Below are positions 1 to 14,520 of a stretch of DNA of 64,000 nt, piece by piece (position 1 is the first letter of the stretch; each line of letters opens with the position of its first letter). A program made the translations under genes and the position numbers. The DNA is from Octopus sinensis (lineage: Eukaryota): contig NC_042998.1 of NCBI RefSeq assembly GCF_006345805.1, positions 130,138,001 to 130,202,000 of the forward strand. The letters are read 5' to 3'. The notes beneath the pieces were generated by a model. It did no database searches. It was not told the DNA's origin and worked only from the letters and a program-made list of their open reading frames with translations.

Positions 1-582
1 ATGCAGTTTGTTTTCGTGATTAACCAGTTCCCTTGCCTTGTGTCTTTAAATTCTGGTGTTTCCTTTTTTAAGCTGTGTCAAATATCATTTTAAAATTGAA
101 ACAATATCATAACTGAACATTCCTTTCAGCCATTAGAGGATAGACACACACACATGCACAAACACACACACGTACAAACACACACGTACAAGCACACACA
201 CACTTTTTAATAGACCTGTCTTCTATGAAGTCACAAATTTTTTTTCGCTATTGTTACTATACACAACCAAAATAATTCCACTTAATCCTTGAATTTAAAT
301 GTCATTAGAAAAGCTCCTTCACCATTCTACTGCTTCTCCTTACACAGGAATGACGTCTGGATTTTGAATGCTTATTGTCGGTATATATTTGTATTCCTTT
401 ATATTAAACATTGACAGCCGAGTCTAGATTATGGTGATATTCATTAAAATACTACATCATCATATATTATCAAAAGACATATATGTAAAACATTGTTTCC
501 TTTGATATTAACATTAAGCAATTCGCTGTCTCTCTCACCCACTCACATAAAACGATATATATATATATAATACACACGCACA

Positions 583-584
<2 letters not shown>

Positions 585-622
<38 letters not shown>

Positions 623-644
623 TATATATATATATATATATATA

Positions 645-696
<52 letters not shown>

Positions 697-720
697 TATA
701 TATATATATATGTATATATA
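585..720. repeat. (TA)n microsatellite; one of dozens of TA/CA/GA tracts in the window
   Basis: Directly visible. Confidence 0.95.
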
Positions 721-1321
721 CTACTTGAATATTGAATTGTGTTTCCTGTAGTTCGATATATTTTCCCCTAACATTGCCTGGTCAGTTGCTTAATACCACT
801 CACCGTCTAAAAGGCATTGATTACACAACCTTAAAATAGTAGAAAGTATATATATATAAAAAAATCATGCTGACGATTTATCTGACGAGTTGAACAAAGT
901 ATAGAATAAAGTGAATACTTTTGTAAAGTAATTTTTATTTTTTCTGTTGTTTGGATGAAAGCTTCTGGTAGAACTTATCGGATATAATGCAGCCATAATT
1001 TATTCTTTCTGCAAAAGATCATTTTCGAATAGACTGCATGTATACGGACAGTCAAACATACGTTTGTGTCCACACATACATACACACACACACACACTTC
1101 TATATAATGCATCAAAATTAGTGTATCAATATAAAACATTAAAATTCACACATTTTTGTTACAAATTTGATATTATATATCCTGAGTAGGCTACATATGT
1201 GTGTGTGCTTGCGTGTGCATGTGTGTGTATGTGTGTACGTATGAGTGCGTGTTTGTGTGTATGTGTGTGCATTCAGATATATACATATATGTGTGCATGT
1301 ATATATATGAAAGATTCATAC

Positions 1322-1805
1322 CGTAATCGTGCTGGGCAACACCCTGAAGAATGTTTGTCGAACGAATAGACCCCAGTCCTTACATTATCTAAGCCTCGTG
1401 CTTATTCTGAGGTTTTCGTTTGCCAAAACACTACGTTATGGAGACGTAAACATACAGCACCGGTTGTGAAGCGGAGGTGAGGTACAAACACACACACACA
1501 CACACACACAGATATACCACGGGTTTCTTTCAAGCACTCTTCTTATTTTTTCATTGTCCATAAGGGGCTAAACATAGAGGGGACAAACAAGGACAGACAA
1601 AGTGATTAAGTCGATTACATCGACCCCAGTGCGTAACCGGTACTTAATTTATCGACCCTTAAAGTTGAAAGGCAAAGTTGATCTCGGCGGAATTTGAACT
1701 CAGAACGTAACGGCAGACGAAATACCGCTAAGCATTTCGCCCGGCGGGCTAACGTTTCTGCTAGCTCGCCGCCTTAAGCACTCTTCTTACTACACAAACA
1801 TACCT
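1322..1805 (-). mobile_element. Decayed CORE-like SINE (family B), interrupted by the family A SINE
   Basis: Similar to the family B copies at 28201-28635 and 51489-51955 (GACGTAAACA..CAGCACCGGTTGT.AAGCG, internal CA tract). Confidence 0.65.
1546..1775 (-). mobile_element. tRNA-derived SINE (family A), full length, with 14-bp target-site duplication
   Basis: Reverse strand reads GGCGGCGAGCTAGCAGAAACGTTAGC...GTTCTGAGTTCAAATTCCGCC (box A/B-like head), then the body. AAGCACTCTTCTTA at 1532-1545 and 1776-1789 flanks it. Confidence 0.85.
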
Positions 1806-1820
1806 ACACACACACACACA

Positions 1821-1862
<42 letters not shown>

Positions 1863-3673
1863 GAGGAGAGAGAGAGAGAGAGAATGACAACTATATAATA
1901 GTTGATTTTTAGTAGAAACTCTTAGCAAAAGAGAAGGATTAGTGTGATAAGGAGACAAGTATAAATCAGTACCATTTTGTATATCTAAGTAAACAATGAT
2001 GTACATACTGGAAATTTAATTCCTAGCAAATAAAAAAGAAAAAAAGAAGATAATATCTTAAATAAATTGCGGATAAAGATAAAAAAGCAAAAGTCAATAT
2101 TAAAACAGGATCCCAATATGATGAAAAAGAAATAGAAAACAACCACTCCAAGGAGAATTCTGTGCTAAAAGTAGCGAGAGAATATCTTAAGAAAAATACT
2201 TTATACTCAATATTTCTCAAAATTCAACTGTCATTATATGACACCAACCACACAGCGTATACAAATTATTAGCGCCTTGCAATAAAATAATTGTTTCAAA
2301 TTTAGCACAAGGTATAAATACGGATAAAATGCTGCTAAGGACTTTGTTCGGCGTGTTAATGATTCTTCCAGCTCGCTGCCTCGCCTCTCTGTAAAATGAT
2401 ACAGTACATATTGCGCCAAAGCTGCACATAAACAACTGAAACATCGAAATAACACTAGAAAAACATAACCAAATCGCACAGCATTGCAAAAGCCATGTAA
2501 CATTTACAAATACAATTCTACATCCCCAAACCGCTAATTAACTCACACGCCTCAAGAACGGGGTGGCGATTCAGTTAAAAATAACATATAACTCATGATA
2601 ATGTTTGCTGACATAGACACCCGATTTCAAATTTTGTGCGGAAGGAAAACCGATTATATCGAACTCAGCACTTTACTGTTTTCCATTTTATGAGTTCATC
2701 GTCCCCCTAAACATGAAATGTTATGTAAATCTGAAAGAAAAAAAAAATTAAACCGAGATTGCAATTTATCTGAAAGAATAGCGTAGGCAATTTGCGGGAT
2801 TTCAACTGTTAATCCAGTGAATTATCGACATCGGCCATAGCGAAATTTGAACCCAGGACGTAAAGAACCGGAAAAATAGAGCATAGTATCTTTTAGATAT
2901 TTTTGTTTCTACCACTCCACCGACATAATTCTTAAACGGTGGGCATCGTCAACTGCTGCTTCGGTACCTTTCGAGAAGATTGTTAATTTAATTGTGCGTG
3001 GGACTAACAATTATTATAGTTTTTGTACTTATTTTAAGTGATAATAGATATAAAAACTACCCTTAAGTTAAAGAGAATTTTTTGTCTGTTTGGTACATAC
3101 GTTAATGCAACCCTTTCTCGCCGTTTAAGGCTTAATAAATCTTATTTAGGTGCAAGATCAGTGATTTTGTGAGTAATGAGGTACTCAAACCCATCAACGC
3201 CAGTACTTTGCTGGTACATCATTTTATCCAACCGAAAATATGACTGGCAAAATTAGCCTCAGTTGCATTTCAAGTTTGAATGTGAAGAGACAATTTAATT
3301 TTTTCCGATAACTCAATTTTTTCCGACTATTTATGTTTCTGCTAGGTCACCGTCTTCTCCACCGCCTAAATTGTTAGTAAATATAGTCTCAAGGACAGAA
3401 ATTTTGTTTGAGCGGAACAGTCGACTATATCCAACCAACCACTTGTCTGGTGCTTTATTTTATCGCTTCAGAATATTAAAAGCATTAAATGCGCCACCTA
3501 ATTTACTTTCGCTATTTAAGCTTGTACTTGCTTCTAATACTGATTAAGAAGGGAAAAAAATATAAGTAAATATGATTGCTGCAATTTCTCTGAGTATTTT
3601 CTACTGGATATAGCGTTCGGGCGAAGAAGTAACAAGAGACAGGGCGAAATAAAGAGATATAGGGAGTGGGAAT

Positions 3674-3708
<35 letters not shown>

Positions 3709-6700
3709 GGAGAGAGAGAGAAAGAGAGATCATGCAAGAATACAGATGCCTTGAGGCACTGGAGGGACAGTCACAAGCGGGCGAATCTCCTATCATTGCG
3801 GCTTTCTTCTTCCTTTCCCCCTCCTACTTTGTCGCCACATGGACATTTCATTATGCCACTGTTGCCCTGTATTTTTTGCGAATTTGATTTTGTTCATATA
3901 TATTATTTTTGTATTATGCTGTGAAGGAAGGCTTCTCCGCTACGACCAGTGAATCAGTATGATTGGATAATGTTAATACGGTTTACGTCTCATTTGAATG
4001 TTCTTTTCTTCTTTTTTTTTCTCGTTTCTTTTTAGTTATCCTACTTTTGTTTGATAGCGGATAAACAGAAAGACGTGACATATGGCCAAAGCAGGTGAAC
4101 ATTGAAGTGGAAAGAAGGGACAAATGTATTCATCATAGAGTAATGAAAGAAAGAGAACATATCAGTTTACTAAACAAGCGAACTTCCCTCGTTCATTTAC
4201 ACAAGGAAAACTTTCATAAATTATAACTGCTCCTCCTATAAAAGTTTTACTCTCTGGAAAATACTGTCAAATGAAAATGTAGGCCAGTTCATATAAACTT
4301 ATATCATTGCAATGTTTGTTATTATATATCGTATTTTACATTTCTATCCTTTTGTTTATTTCTGTGGTTATTACATTAATATCTACTTGTTTCCCATTTA
4401 TTTAATAATTTTGTTGCTGTTTCTCGTTGTTCTTGTTATTCGAAGTTTAATTGTTATATAATTGATTTGGAACCACTTATAGAAAAATATTCGTTTCTTG
4501 AATATCAATACAAGTTAGAAAAAAATAACAAAATAGTGGGAAATTCTATGAAATCACTTCATTGTCGAGCGGAAGCTATATATAAAAAAAAAAGCTCTCA
4601 AGTTAACAATAGACAGATATAAGAATGTTTCTGCATCATATCCAAAGGTTATATTTTCACATAAAGAGGAGATATGTTGGCAGAGAGTGAGATGAGGTAC
4701 TTGTGGAAGTGGAGGTTCTTCTGAAAACAAAGAGACGGAATGAGAAATAGAGAAGAGAGAGAGAGAGAGAGAGAGAGCAAAACTTCCGAAAATAGAATTA
4801 TTCTAAAATTCAAAATGGTGGATTACCTGAAGGTTAAAATACATAGAAAATCAAAGGAAATTGTAGTTTAAACAGAAAACAAGCCCATGTTTTCTATATT
4901 TTTATATTCTTATGTTTTTCTAATTCACTTCACTCTGACGGGAATTCTTTTCTTAAATCTCAAAGAGAAACTTCCTATCAAAAGAGAGAAATAATATTTT
5001 TTTAAAAATTAAGTTGTATTGCTTCTAACACTGAAAAATTAATTAAAAACATTCTTAAAACTAGCTTATAAACAATGTAGAAATTTTCAAGATTTCAAAG
5101 TTGTTTTAAAGCTTTCAGTTTTATTTATATCTTTTTTTTTGTTTTCCAATACATAAGAGGTTATTCCGAATCAAATACACGATGGTAGAAGAGCTGATGG
5201 TATGTGAGATGGTGTGTTATTGTGTGTGTATGAAATAGCAATTGTTTCTAACAAATATTGAAAACGTATGATAGAAACTAATATTAAGCAAAAGACAAAC
5301 GTAAGCGAAAATTCCAATTAATTTATTTCGGCGAAGTAATACTTCTTTACCATTCAAATTATTTCTCGACATAAGGAATAAACCTTTTTTTTTTATACAT
5401 TGTGCATATTATGAGACTGCTGAATTTATTTGCTCCACTATAATACAAGTTACACAATTATTGACATGTCAATTTTCAAGATCGCTACTGTATCAACAAG
5501 CGTTTCTCATTCAGCTTTATAAGTTGTGTATACCTAAATGACTTGCATGAACATGATTTTACTTGCATCATATTGTTACTTCTTAATTAGAAACGTGCAA
5601 ATACGCCTTACTACTTTAAAATTATTCGTCTCCCAGTTTATAAAATCCTATATACGAACAGTAGTTTACTTTAAAAAAAAATAAGACGTTAAATTATCAA
5701 ATAGTAATGAATACCTTATTAAACGTATAACTAAGCATCCTTTAATTGAGCTTTTTGAAATACTACAGGATTCACATTGACTTTCATATTATTAAGCACG
5801 ATGAAATAAAATGGTCTCATGCTGATGTTAGATTTACCTTCATCTTTTCAGAGACGAGAAAACGAAGTATTAAGCAAGGTCAGTTGAAGAGGTTGATATA
5901 AATTTCAACCTTTCACTGAAGGATTTGGTTTTATGGCTATGTTAGAAAAATTATTATTTAATAAATTAAAATATATAATCTAATTATAAAAGTATAGCTG
6001 AATATAGGAATTGTTAGAGAGTCAAACAAAATCAGTTATGACTTTGCTTTTGCCATTCGTATACTCGAGATAGTTGACACAAAGTATCAGTCAAATACTA
6101 GGATAATGGTATCGGTTATCTCCCTTCTCTAAATTTCAGGCAATGTGTCTACGTTAGAAACAATAATTATTGAACATTCCATTGCATTATTAACATTTGT
6201 CAGGAACTGGTCATATAATGTGGGTAAATTTCAAATAACAAACATTTGGTTATAATTGTCTTCTCGTATATTCAGTCCCTGCCTTTCGTTGACTGACTAT
6301 GTGGACATATATGTCTCCAAACATACTTTAATTACTCACGCGCGCAAAAAAAAAAAATGAGTCATAATACTATATATTAAATTTTTCTCACCACATACAA
6401 ATAATTCATTTTAACATTCTTATAGTCAAAAAGAAAAAGAGGGGATGGGGCATGAGATTGATGTGAAGACAGAAAATTTTATATCGGACAATTATTAAGG
6501 ATTTAAATTAAATTTGAAAATTAAAATTACTTTCAGCTTTTAGACAGTTTGATATATTACAAATGTAGTTTATATAACCACAGCCCGGAAAATGAAAGGT
6601 GTAGACAAACTCTGCCTTAAAATCAAAATGTTACTGAATTATAAAAGAGAATGCTGAAATATACAAAACAAAATAATTTTTGTCAAGCATCTATGCAGCC

Positions 6701-8029
6701 AAATCTTCCTCAACTCACATCCTACCATCTTAGCTGTAGTTTTGAAAAGAAAACAAATGCAAGATGGGTTAAAGCTGAAATACTTTACATTATAAGCCTG
6801 TTCAATCAAGGCTGCTCGATGTATGTGGATGGGAGGTACACAACGCGTAAACTTTCTTTCTTTAATTGTTTCTGCCAAACTATTTTTATAATAGACTTAT
6901 GGGCAAGAATTACGCAAATTGATTCAATGCCAAAAGATTAAAATTACAATCTTCCTTATAATTATTATGTTTTACTTTGTAATTTGAGATATTTCACTTT
7001 ATTGGTAGTTTATATTTGTTATTAAACTGTTGTGTATCCATTTGAATCTAGTCATATTTTCAAAGATATATATGGTTCCAGAAATAACATGAACGCTCCA
7101 AATTCCGAAGAGAAACAGTGAAATGTAGACAGCATAAAATAGCATTAAAGTCAATGCTACATGTATATTTCCTTGAAATTCCTACATATCTCACCGGCAG
7201 AAACTAGAAAACAAAACTACATACTAGGTGGATGGAATAGCTTATAGAGGCACACTGTATAAAAATCGAATCTGTGTCTACTTAGGCTCTGTGAGAATTA
7301 CGGTGGCAATTTTATTCAAGCAAAACTGGAAGTAGTTAAACTCGCTCTCTAACACATATTTCAGTCAATTCAACAATAAACTTGAAGCCAAAAAGGATAA
7401 ACTAATATTTCTAATTTAGGTTTATGGTCAGTAATTTGAGCGAGGGCTGTTAGTAGATAATTTAGAAAGAAATACCTGGTCAGTATTTTATGTTATCATC
7501 TCGAAAGGGTGTAAATCAACAAACTTAGCCGATATTGGCACTATATTCTATTAACTCCAAAAGTAAAAAAATTAATCCGGCACAGTTCGAAATTAGAACG
7601 TAAACCTACGTAACAGAATCCGTCCGACGCTCTAAATTTTCTGCCATTTTACCGCCCTCATAATAATTTCTAAGCTAGACATTTTCTGAAGCCAGTATCC
7701 AATTAAATCAACCCAGTATAGGAAGGAATGTTGTATAACACATTTGAAGAAGGTAAAATTAAACTTAGGGCATAAATACCCTAATATATTTCATACGAGG
7801 ATTCCTGATCTGCAGAGTTACGTTTATATAATAATAACGTTCAGCAATTTTGGGGAGAAGGGTGAAGTCGATTACCTTGTCCTTATTTTATCGACAACTG
7901 TATAATTTGAAATAAGAACATAAATAACCGATAGAAATATCACTAAGCATGTAGTCCGACGCGTTAATATTTATACCGGTTCGTTTCCTTAATGGTGTAA
8001 AGAACAATCCTTTCTAAGATAGGCAAAAG

Positions 8030-8212
8030 GCTTGAAATTTTGAGCGAGAGGGGCCGGTCCATTACATCTTCCCCACTGCTTTGATAATACTTATTATGCC
8101 CACCCCGAAAGGATGAATGGCATGGCGGAACTCGGAACCAGAGCATAAAACCGGATGAAAAGCCGCTAAATAGTTTCCCTGGCATTCTAACGATTTCGCC
8201 AGTTCGCTTCCT
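8030..8212 (-). mobile_element. Decayed family A SINE
   Basis: CCCCGAAAGGATGAATGGC...CTAACGATTTCGCCAGTTCGC resembles the reverse complement of the family A head and body. Confidence 0.6.
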
Positions 8213-10278
8213 TAATAATGATAATAATAATGATTTTTATTATTATAAACTAGAATGTCGTTCGCTTTATTTTAGAGACTAAACGCATCGAAGGTTGCAG
8301 TAGGAATGGTTGGAATCATAATAATAGCATGTAAAATTAATTTTAAAACTTTTCATGAAAACAGAGAAACAAAAAGTAGTCATCACTCGAAAATAAAAAA
8401 TAAAAATAAGGCTTCATATAACAGCTACAATATTAAATTAACAACATTGTTGTTAGCATTATGCCAATGCATCAAATCAATATTTACACATTTGTCTAAA
8501 GTCAATGGAATATTTTGAACAACCAATGATAGGAATCTTGGTCTCATTGTTGATTAAAAAAAAAAAAAAAAACTTCCGTGGATTTGTTTTTCATTTGGAA
8601 GTTTTAGTTCCTACATTACTAGGATGCTTTCCTTGAATGGAAATTGTTGCAACGAAAAAAAAAAACTTTTTTTTAATCACAAAGTGAAATTTGACCACCA
8701 ATCAAAATTCAATGACAAGCGGGAATTCGAATGAGAATTGACATATTTTAATGCGTTCTTTTTTCATTTCTTCCCCTTGAGGTTGACTGATTTCTAGTTG
8801 GAGTCGAATTTCATTTCTCAGTCCTACTATGACATGGCTATAGTAATATATTTCAATTAGAAACATATAATAGAAACGCTGGGGTAAAAACTGACAGAAA
8901 ACAAATTTATGAGAATTTCTATTTATCTGGAGGATTAAAATGAATTGAGTCAGATTCCAACATTTAACAGAACAACAATATCGGGGATTTTTTTGAATTC
9001 AAGGGTGAATATTCAAATGTGAATGCGCGACATTTCAATCTTTCCCAAGAGGACTAGTGGCATACATAACGTGAAATAGATATAATTAGTCGAAGCAGAG
9101 GAAATTAAAACTAGATCGTGGGTCAGCGTTCACTAGTAGTTTTCTTCTATTTCATGGAATTAAGCACTGAGAATATAACAATATTGCATAAACATAATAA
9201 TGCATTCCCCATGCACGGCATTTCAACTCAAAGAATAGAATTTCTGCCATTGGAAAGATGGAAAAAAGAAAAAAGAAAAAGAAAATATAGAATCTTCTGC
9301 GCAGGTACTTGCCTGAAATAGCAGCAAAATCATCTCCGTATTACACTCTTCTGTTTTAAATACTGAAAAATCATATGGAATAATGCAGTTTTCCATACCA
9401 CTAAAAATACAAGGTGGAATCGTTATGGATGATGTCAAATATTTATTACAGATGTTGAAATTTATTGATTTCTGACAATAAATAAGAGATAACACTCTGA
9501 AGCTAGGCCCAGAATATTTTCAGTAGAAAATATTGTAAAATTATCATAGTGATTATGATTATCACCAATATTGGGTCTCTATCCATAACGGATTTCCATT
9601 CTAGTTATGAATTATGCAGCTAAAAATATATGAAAAAAGTGTCGATATGTAGAAGACACTTCACGTAAAAGGTCTGATGCGATCAAATATACTAAATACA
9701 GCGAAAAAGTCAGATAGCCCCAACTACCTTATACAATTCCCCCTATTGTCACTGATGCTTTGGGATAATATATTAACATATGTTTACTTTCTTAGTTCTT
9801 TAAAAGGTTTATAATTTAGGCACAAAGCCTGCAATTTGAGAGAAGAGGCTAAGTCGGTGTTCTCAACTTTGATTCATCACGGAGAGATGAGATTCAAAGT
9901 TGACCAAGGGAGGCATTTTAGCCGACATTTTAAAAGTCTTGAAAATGTCATGTAAATGAATCATTACGTACAATATTTTGTAACAGCAATAATAACACCT
10001 GGCTTACATATATTGCAGAACGATACAACAAATGGAATTAAGTCAAAATGAAAATCAGAACGTCAAATTCTTTCCTATGCATATTGCTCCGACTGTATAC
10101 GCAATTAGTTTATCTGCAGTTACTTTATGACAGGTGTCGTTTATTTTTTTACGATTACTAAACATAAAATAATCAGAGTGCATTGCGTTGAGAAATTATA
10201 AAGTGATAATTTTCCCCTGGTAAAAAAGCAGACGAAAAGTGTCTCTCTATCTATCTCACATTCTCTCACTTTCTCTCT

Positions 10279-10338
<60 letters not shown>

Positions 10339-10399
10339 GTATATGGAGAGAGAGACAGAGAGCGAGGATAAGGAAAAATCCTTCTTTGAGTTATATAGA

Positions 10400-10612
10400 C
10401 TCATAGGGCCGGTTTCTCGATTTCCCGGTTTCTGTGGAACATATGTATCCCCCTACCTTAAACGGGACCGCGGCCAGTCGCAGGATTACTCATCTTACCC
10501 AGTTGAGTGAACTGGAGTAATGTGAAATAAAGTGTTCAGCTCTAGAACACAACACAGCCCCCGGTCCAGGAATTGAAAACAAAGTCCCACACTCTAAACA
10601 GTATGAGACGCA
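10400..10612 (-). mobile_element. Decayed third SINE family (family C, CORE-like)
   Basis: CTCATAGGGCCGGTTTC...GTGAAATAAAGTGTTCAGCTCTAGAACACAAC...CCGGTCCAGGAATTGAAA. Related decayed copies lie near 50370-50530 and 60685-60830. Confidence 0.55.
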
Positions 10613-10622
10613 CTTACACGCC

Positions 10623-10657
<35 letters not shown>

Positions 10658-11158
10658 GTGTGCGCACATAGTGCATGCAATCGTCTATGTGTGCATGTGT
10701 GTATGTGTGTGTGTGTGTGTGTGTATGTGTGTGTGTGTTGCAGCAGGGTGCATGGCAATCCATAGAAATAAATACATGCAAATAAACAAAGTTATCTTGC
10801 TTGGTCTATGACATTCAGGTGTTCTTTGGCAGCCAAGCGTCGAGTAGGCCGCTATTCCATGTGCTGTCCCACAGCAAATTCGGCGTATCAACAAAATACA
10901 TACACTGTATATGTGCGATCGGTAAGGTTTACATTACCAGAGGTACTTTTAAATCTCGATTAAATTTAACGTATATACATAAATTTACACCTCTCTATTT
11001 GGCTGTCGACCACTTAGAGCATCGATATACTCATTTACTTAGCATGAGAAGCGGCTGAGTATTCCAAAAACATGTATACACAAGGCATAATTCTTCAATA
11101 GAACCGGTTGCACGCAATTTGATAAGCTTTGCTCTTTCACTACCACTCAGCCTTAATT

Positions 11159-11271
<113 letters not shown>

Positions 11272-11461
11272 TAAAAAGCAAGGTTCCGGGTTCGGTCCCA
11301 CTGCGTGGCACCTTGTGCAAATGTCCTGTACTATAGCTTCGGGCAGACCAAAGCCTTGTGAAAGGAATAAACTATTTGTACTTATCCTACTTTCCAGAAT
11401 TTTTTATTCCAAATTTAACTGTTTCTATCATTGAAAGTAATAGTATCTGCTATTACTTCCA

Positions 11462-11649
11462 ACAGTTTTGGAATCGGGCATAGGTCGATTGTATCGACGT
11501 CAGTAACTCTACTGGCATTTATTTTAACGACCGAGAAAGGATTAACGGCAAAGTCGACCTCTGCGAAATTTGAACTCTGAAGGTAGAGACAGACAAATGC
11601 CACTAAGCATTTTGCCCGGCGTGCTAACGATTCTGACAGCTCACCGCCT
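11462..11649 (-). mobile_element. Family A SINE
   Basis: GGCAAAGTCGACCTCTGCGAAATTTGAACTC...GCCCGGCGTGCTAACGATTCTGACAGCTCACCGCCT. Confidence 0.8.
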
Positions 11650-11679
11650 GAGTCCTTGCTTTAATATCAAATGCTTATG

Positions 11680-11888
11680 AGGCTACGAGATGGCAAAATC
11701 GTTAACACGCCAGGCAAAATGTTTAGCGGTATTTCATCTGTCTTTACGTTCTGAGTTCAAATTCCACCTTGGTCGACTTTGTCTTTCATTCTTTTTGGGG
11801 TGGATAAAATAGTACACTGGGCACGATATAATCGACTTACATTCTTCCCCGAATTTGCTGGCCTTATGCCAAAATTTAAAACTAATAT
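11680..11888 (+). mobile_element. Family A SINE, inverted relative to the adjacent copy
   Basis: GATGGCAAAATCGTTAACACGCCAGGCAAAATG...GTTCTGAGTTCAAATTCCACC..GGTCGACTTTG. Confidence 0.8.
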
Positions 11889-12260
11889 TAAGTGCTTATA
11901 CAGTAGGCAACACTCGGTATTTTTCCAAGTCATTCTTTTAAATTCTATGTTTTATCCGCCAGAAAGTCTTATATCACTCTTTTACTTCAACGGCTTATCA
12001 TTCATAGTTAGAGTATATTTATCTGAAGAGTCTGCTTCGGCCAAATATGTCTGACGTTGTCACCAAACTGCAAAAGATCAGAATCATCCTTATTGCATAT
12101 CTACATTTAAAGATTTTTCATAAATTAAAATTTCAGTATTCATTCTCGCTGTTATGCTGCAGTTTTTGAAGCAAGGAAAGACAGAAAGGCAGATACATAC
12201 GTATATATATATATGTGTGTATATATAAATAAATATAAATATATACATGTGTTTGTGTTT

Positions 12261-12291
<31 letters not shown>

Positions 12292-13418
12292 CAATTGCAG
12301 CGTGGAGTGTGTTTATATGCCATCTAAAACTCCAAAAACACACAAAAGCCGTTAGATTCACTTCAACATTTAAATTCAATTTGCCAACATATTTTTGTCG
12401 CTTTCAGGCCGAGACCTGTTCTCTGACAAAATTCCCTGATTCTATATTCATTTTCCCTCGGTCAATCCACTCACAAGGCGTCGGTCCTGCCGAGTCTGTA
12501 GTAGAAGACACAATGAGCCATACAGTGAGACCAAACCTGGCACCATGAGTTTAGGAAGTAAATTTCTTACTACACAACAACACCATATATATGCATTTAT
12601 GCTCATATTCATGCATCAGTTATATGCGTGTGTGAGTTTGATTGCATGTGCGTAAATTCGTTTCTATATATAAGCTGTTTATTTTTTCTGTTCTATTTAT
12701 AAAGCATGCTGTCCTCATATTTTGAAGTGTGGAACGAATGACATTTTGACGTTTATGCTTCTTTAGAATGTATATGCAGTCATAATTGAAGAGAAATTGC
12801 TTCAACGCCGATCATTATTATTTTTGTTGTATTAAAAGAGATGAAGGGATGGGCATATGCAGACAAACACTTTATGAAGAGAAAATAATAGAAATAGTCT
12901 GGTGACAATCGAACCGATTGTTAATGATTAACGTTTTTCTAAATTCCCCCATATATCAACCTGACCGATAAAATTATATACATCAAAGACACATTGTGAG
13001 AAGTTGCTTTTTTGTTATCCTGTCAAAGTTGTTTACAAGGATGAAATGAATTCCACAATCAGTGTAGAGTAAGCGTTTTGTCTCTACATCTTTGGATTCC
13101 ACACTATATCTGAGGTAATGTTATTTTATATTTGGGTGGCGAATTTGCAAAAAATGTAGAACAAAGCGTCTCGTTGTATTTAGTTAAATCTCTCTCATAT
13201 CTCCGTTCGATTCCTGCCGATATTTACGCTGGCTGGATAAAATGCAAACAAAACTATATTAATATAAGCATGTATGACTCGAAAGCTTTTATTCTTTATG
13301 AGAACTGAGTTATCATAAATATTAGCCATTATTATTTCATCCTTTCGTCTAGGCTTTAATCTCATTACACACGTATGAACATCTGTCTCTCTCTTTCTCC
13401 CTCTCTCTGCCCATATAT

Positions 13419-13497
<79 letters not shown>

Positions 13498-13954
13498 GTG
13501 TGTGTGTGCATATATACAATATGTCACCAAACCTACATACGCACGAAATAAACAGATGAAAATACAAACGACAAGCAGAAGCTGTAATTACAACAGTAAC
13601 TAACCAAGGACAAGAAACTATTTCCATAAACAAGATATGACCTCGAATGAATGGATAATAAAAAGAGAAGTAGAAAAAGTAAACCGTGTATGAAAGACAA
13701 GCGGGAAGTAGAAAACAAACACTCAGAATAACATTGACAATAATCACAGCAAAACACATCATAATAAACAAACAAATAAATAATGTTTGTTTGTATGTTG
13801 AGAAAAATTCCTGAAATTTGTTTTTCGACTTAATTAGCTTTATTAAAGAAAGAGCTAATAAGTGAATGAGAAACAGAAATAACAATCGCATTGAATAATA
13901 ATAACAAAATGCATTTCTTACATAATGTCATTCATTATTATTGTTGTTGTTGTT

Positions 13955-13955
13955 T

Positions 13956-14014
<59 letters not shown>

Positions 14015-14030
14015 ATTATTATTATTATTT
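13955..14030. repeat. (ATT)n microsatellite
   Basis: Directly visible; source of the poly-Ile pseudo-ORF. Confidence 0.95.
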
Positions 14031-14422
14031 CAGAAGGCTGTTCTTTAAATAAACGAGTAAGGGAAAAACGCAAGACTAAAATAAAAGGTGAAAGAAATAG
14101 AAACGGAAAGAAAAATTATTAAATACATTCGATAATATGAAAATAAAAAAATAAAAACAATTCTGCTGACTTGAGTTGATCGATTGAGTCAGTCTAAGAA
14201 TATTTTAAAATGCTGTGGAAAAAAAATAATCAGAAATATGTGAAGTAGAATGAGAACAGAAGAGAAGAAAAAGAAACGAATGAAAATACTTCTGACTAAG
14301 CAAATCAGACGATATCAGAGAACGAAAACAAAACATGGCGGATGTAAATGTCTGTTATAGGTGTTTTGTTGAGTGGCAGGAGTGAAAGAGAGTTGCTGAA
14401 GTGAGCGAATACCTAGGATTCA

Positions 14423-14489
14423 TACATACATACACACATACATACATACATACATACATACATACATACATACATACTACATACATACA

Positions 14490-14520
<31 letters not shown>
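14423..14520. repeat. (TACA)n microsatellite; similar tracts at ~16912-16985 (opposite strand) and ~25751-25895
   Basis: Directly visible. Confidence 0.95.

Noticed and set aside
869-895. Two CTGACGA motifs resembling a hammerhead core
   Set aside because: No downstream GAAA with helix III and no helix I pairing.
14331-14385. AAACATGGCGG (YY1/Kozak-like) as a possible gene start
   Set aside because: Only a 16-codon ORF follows, and no other promoter or exon evidence supports it.
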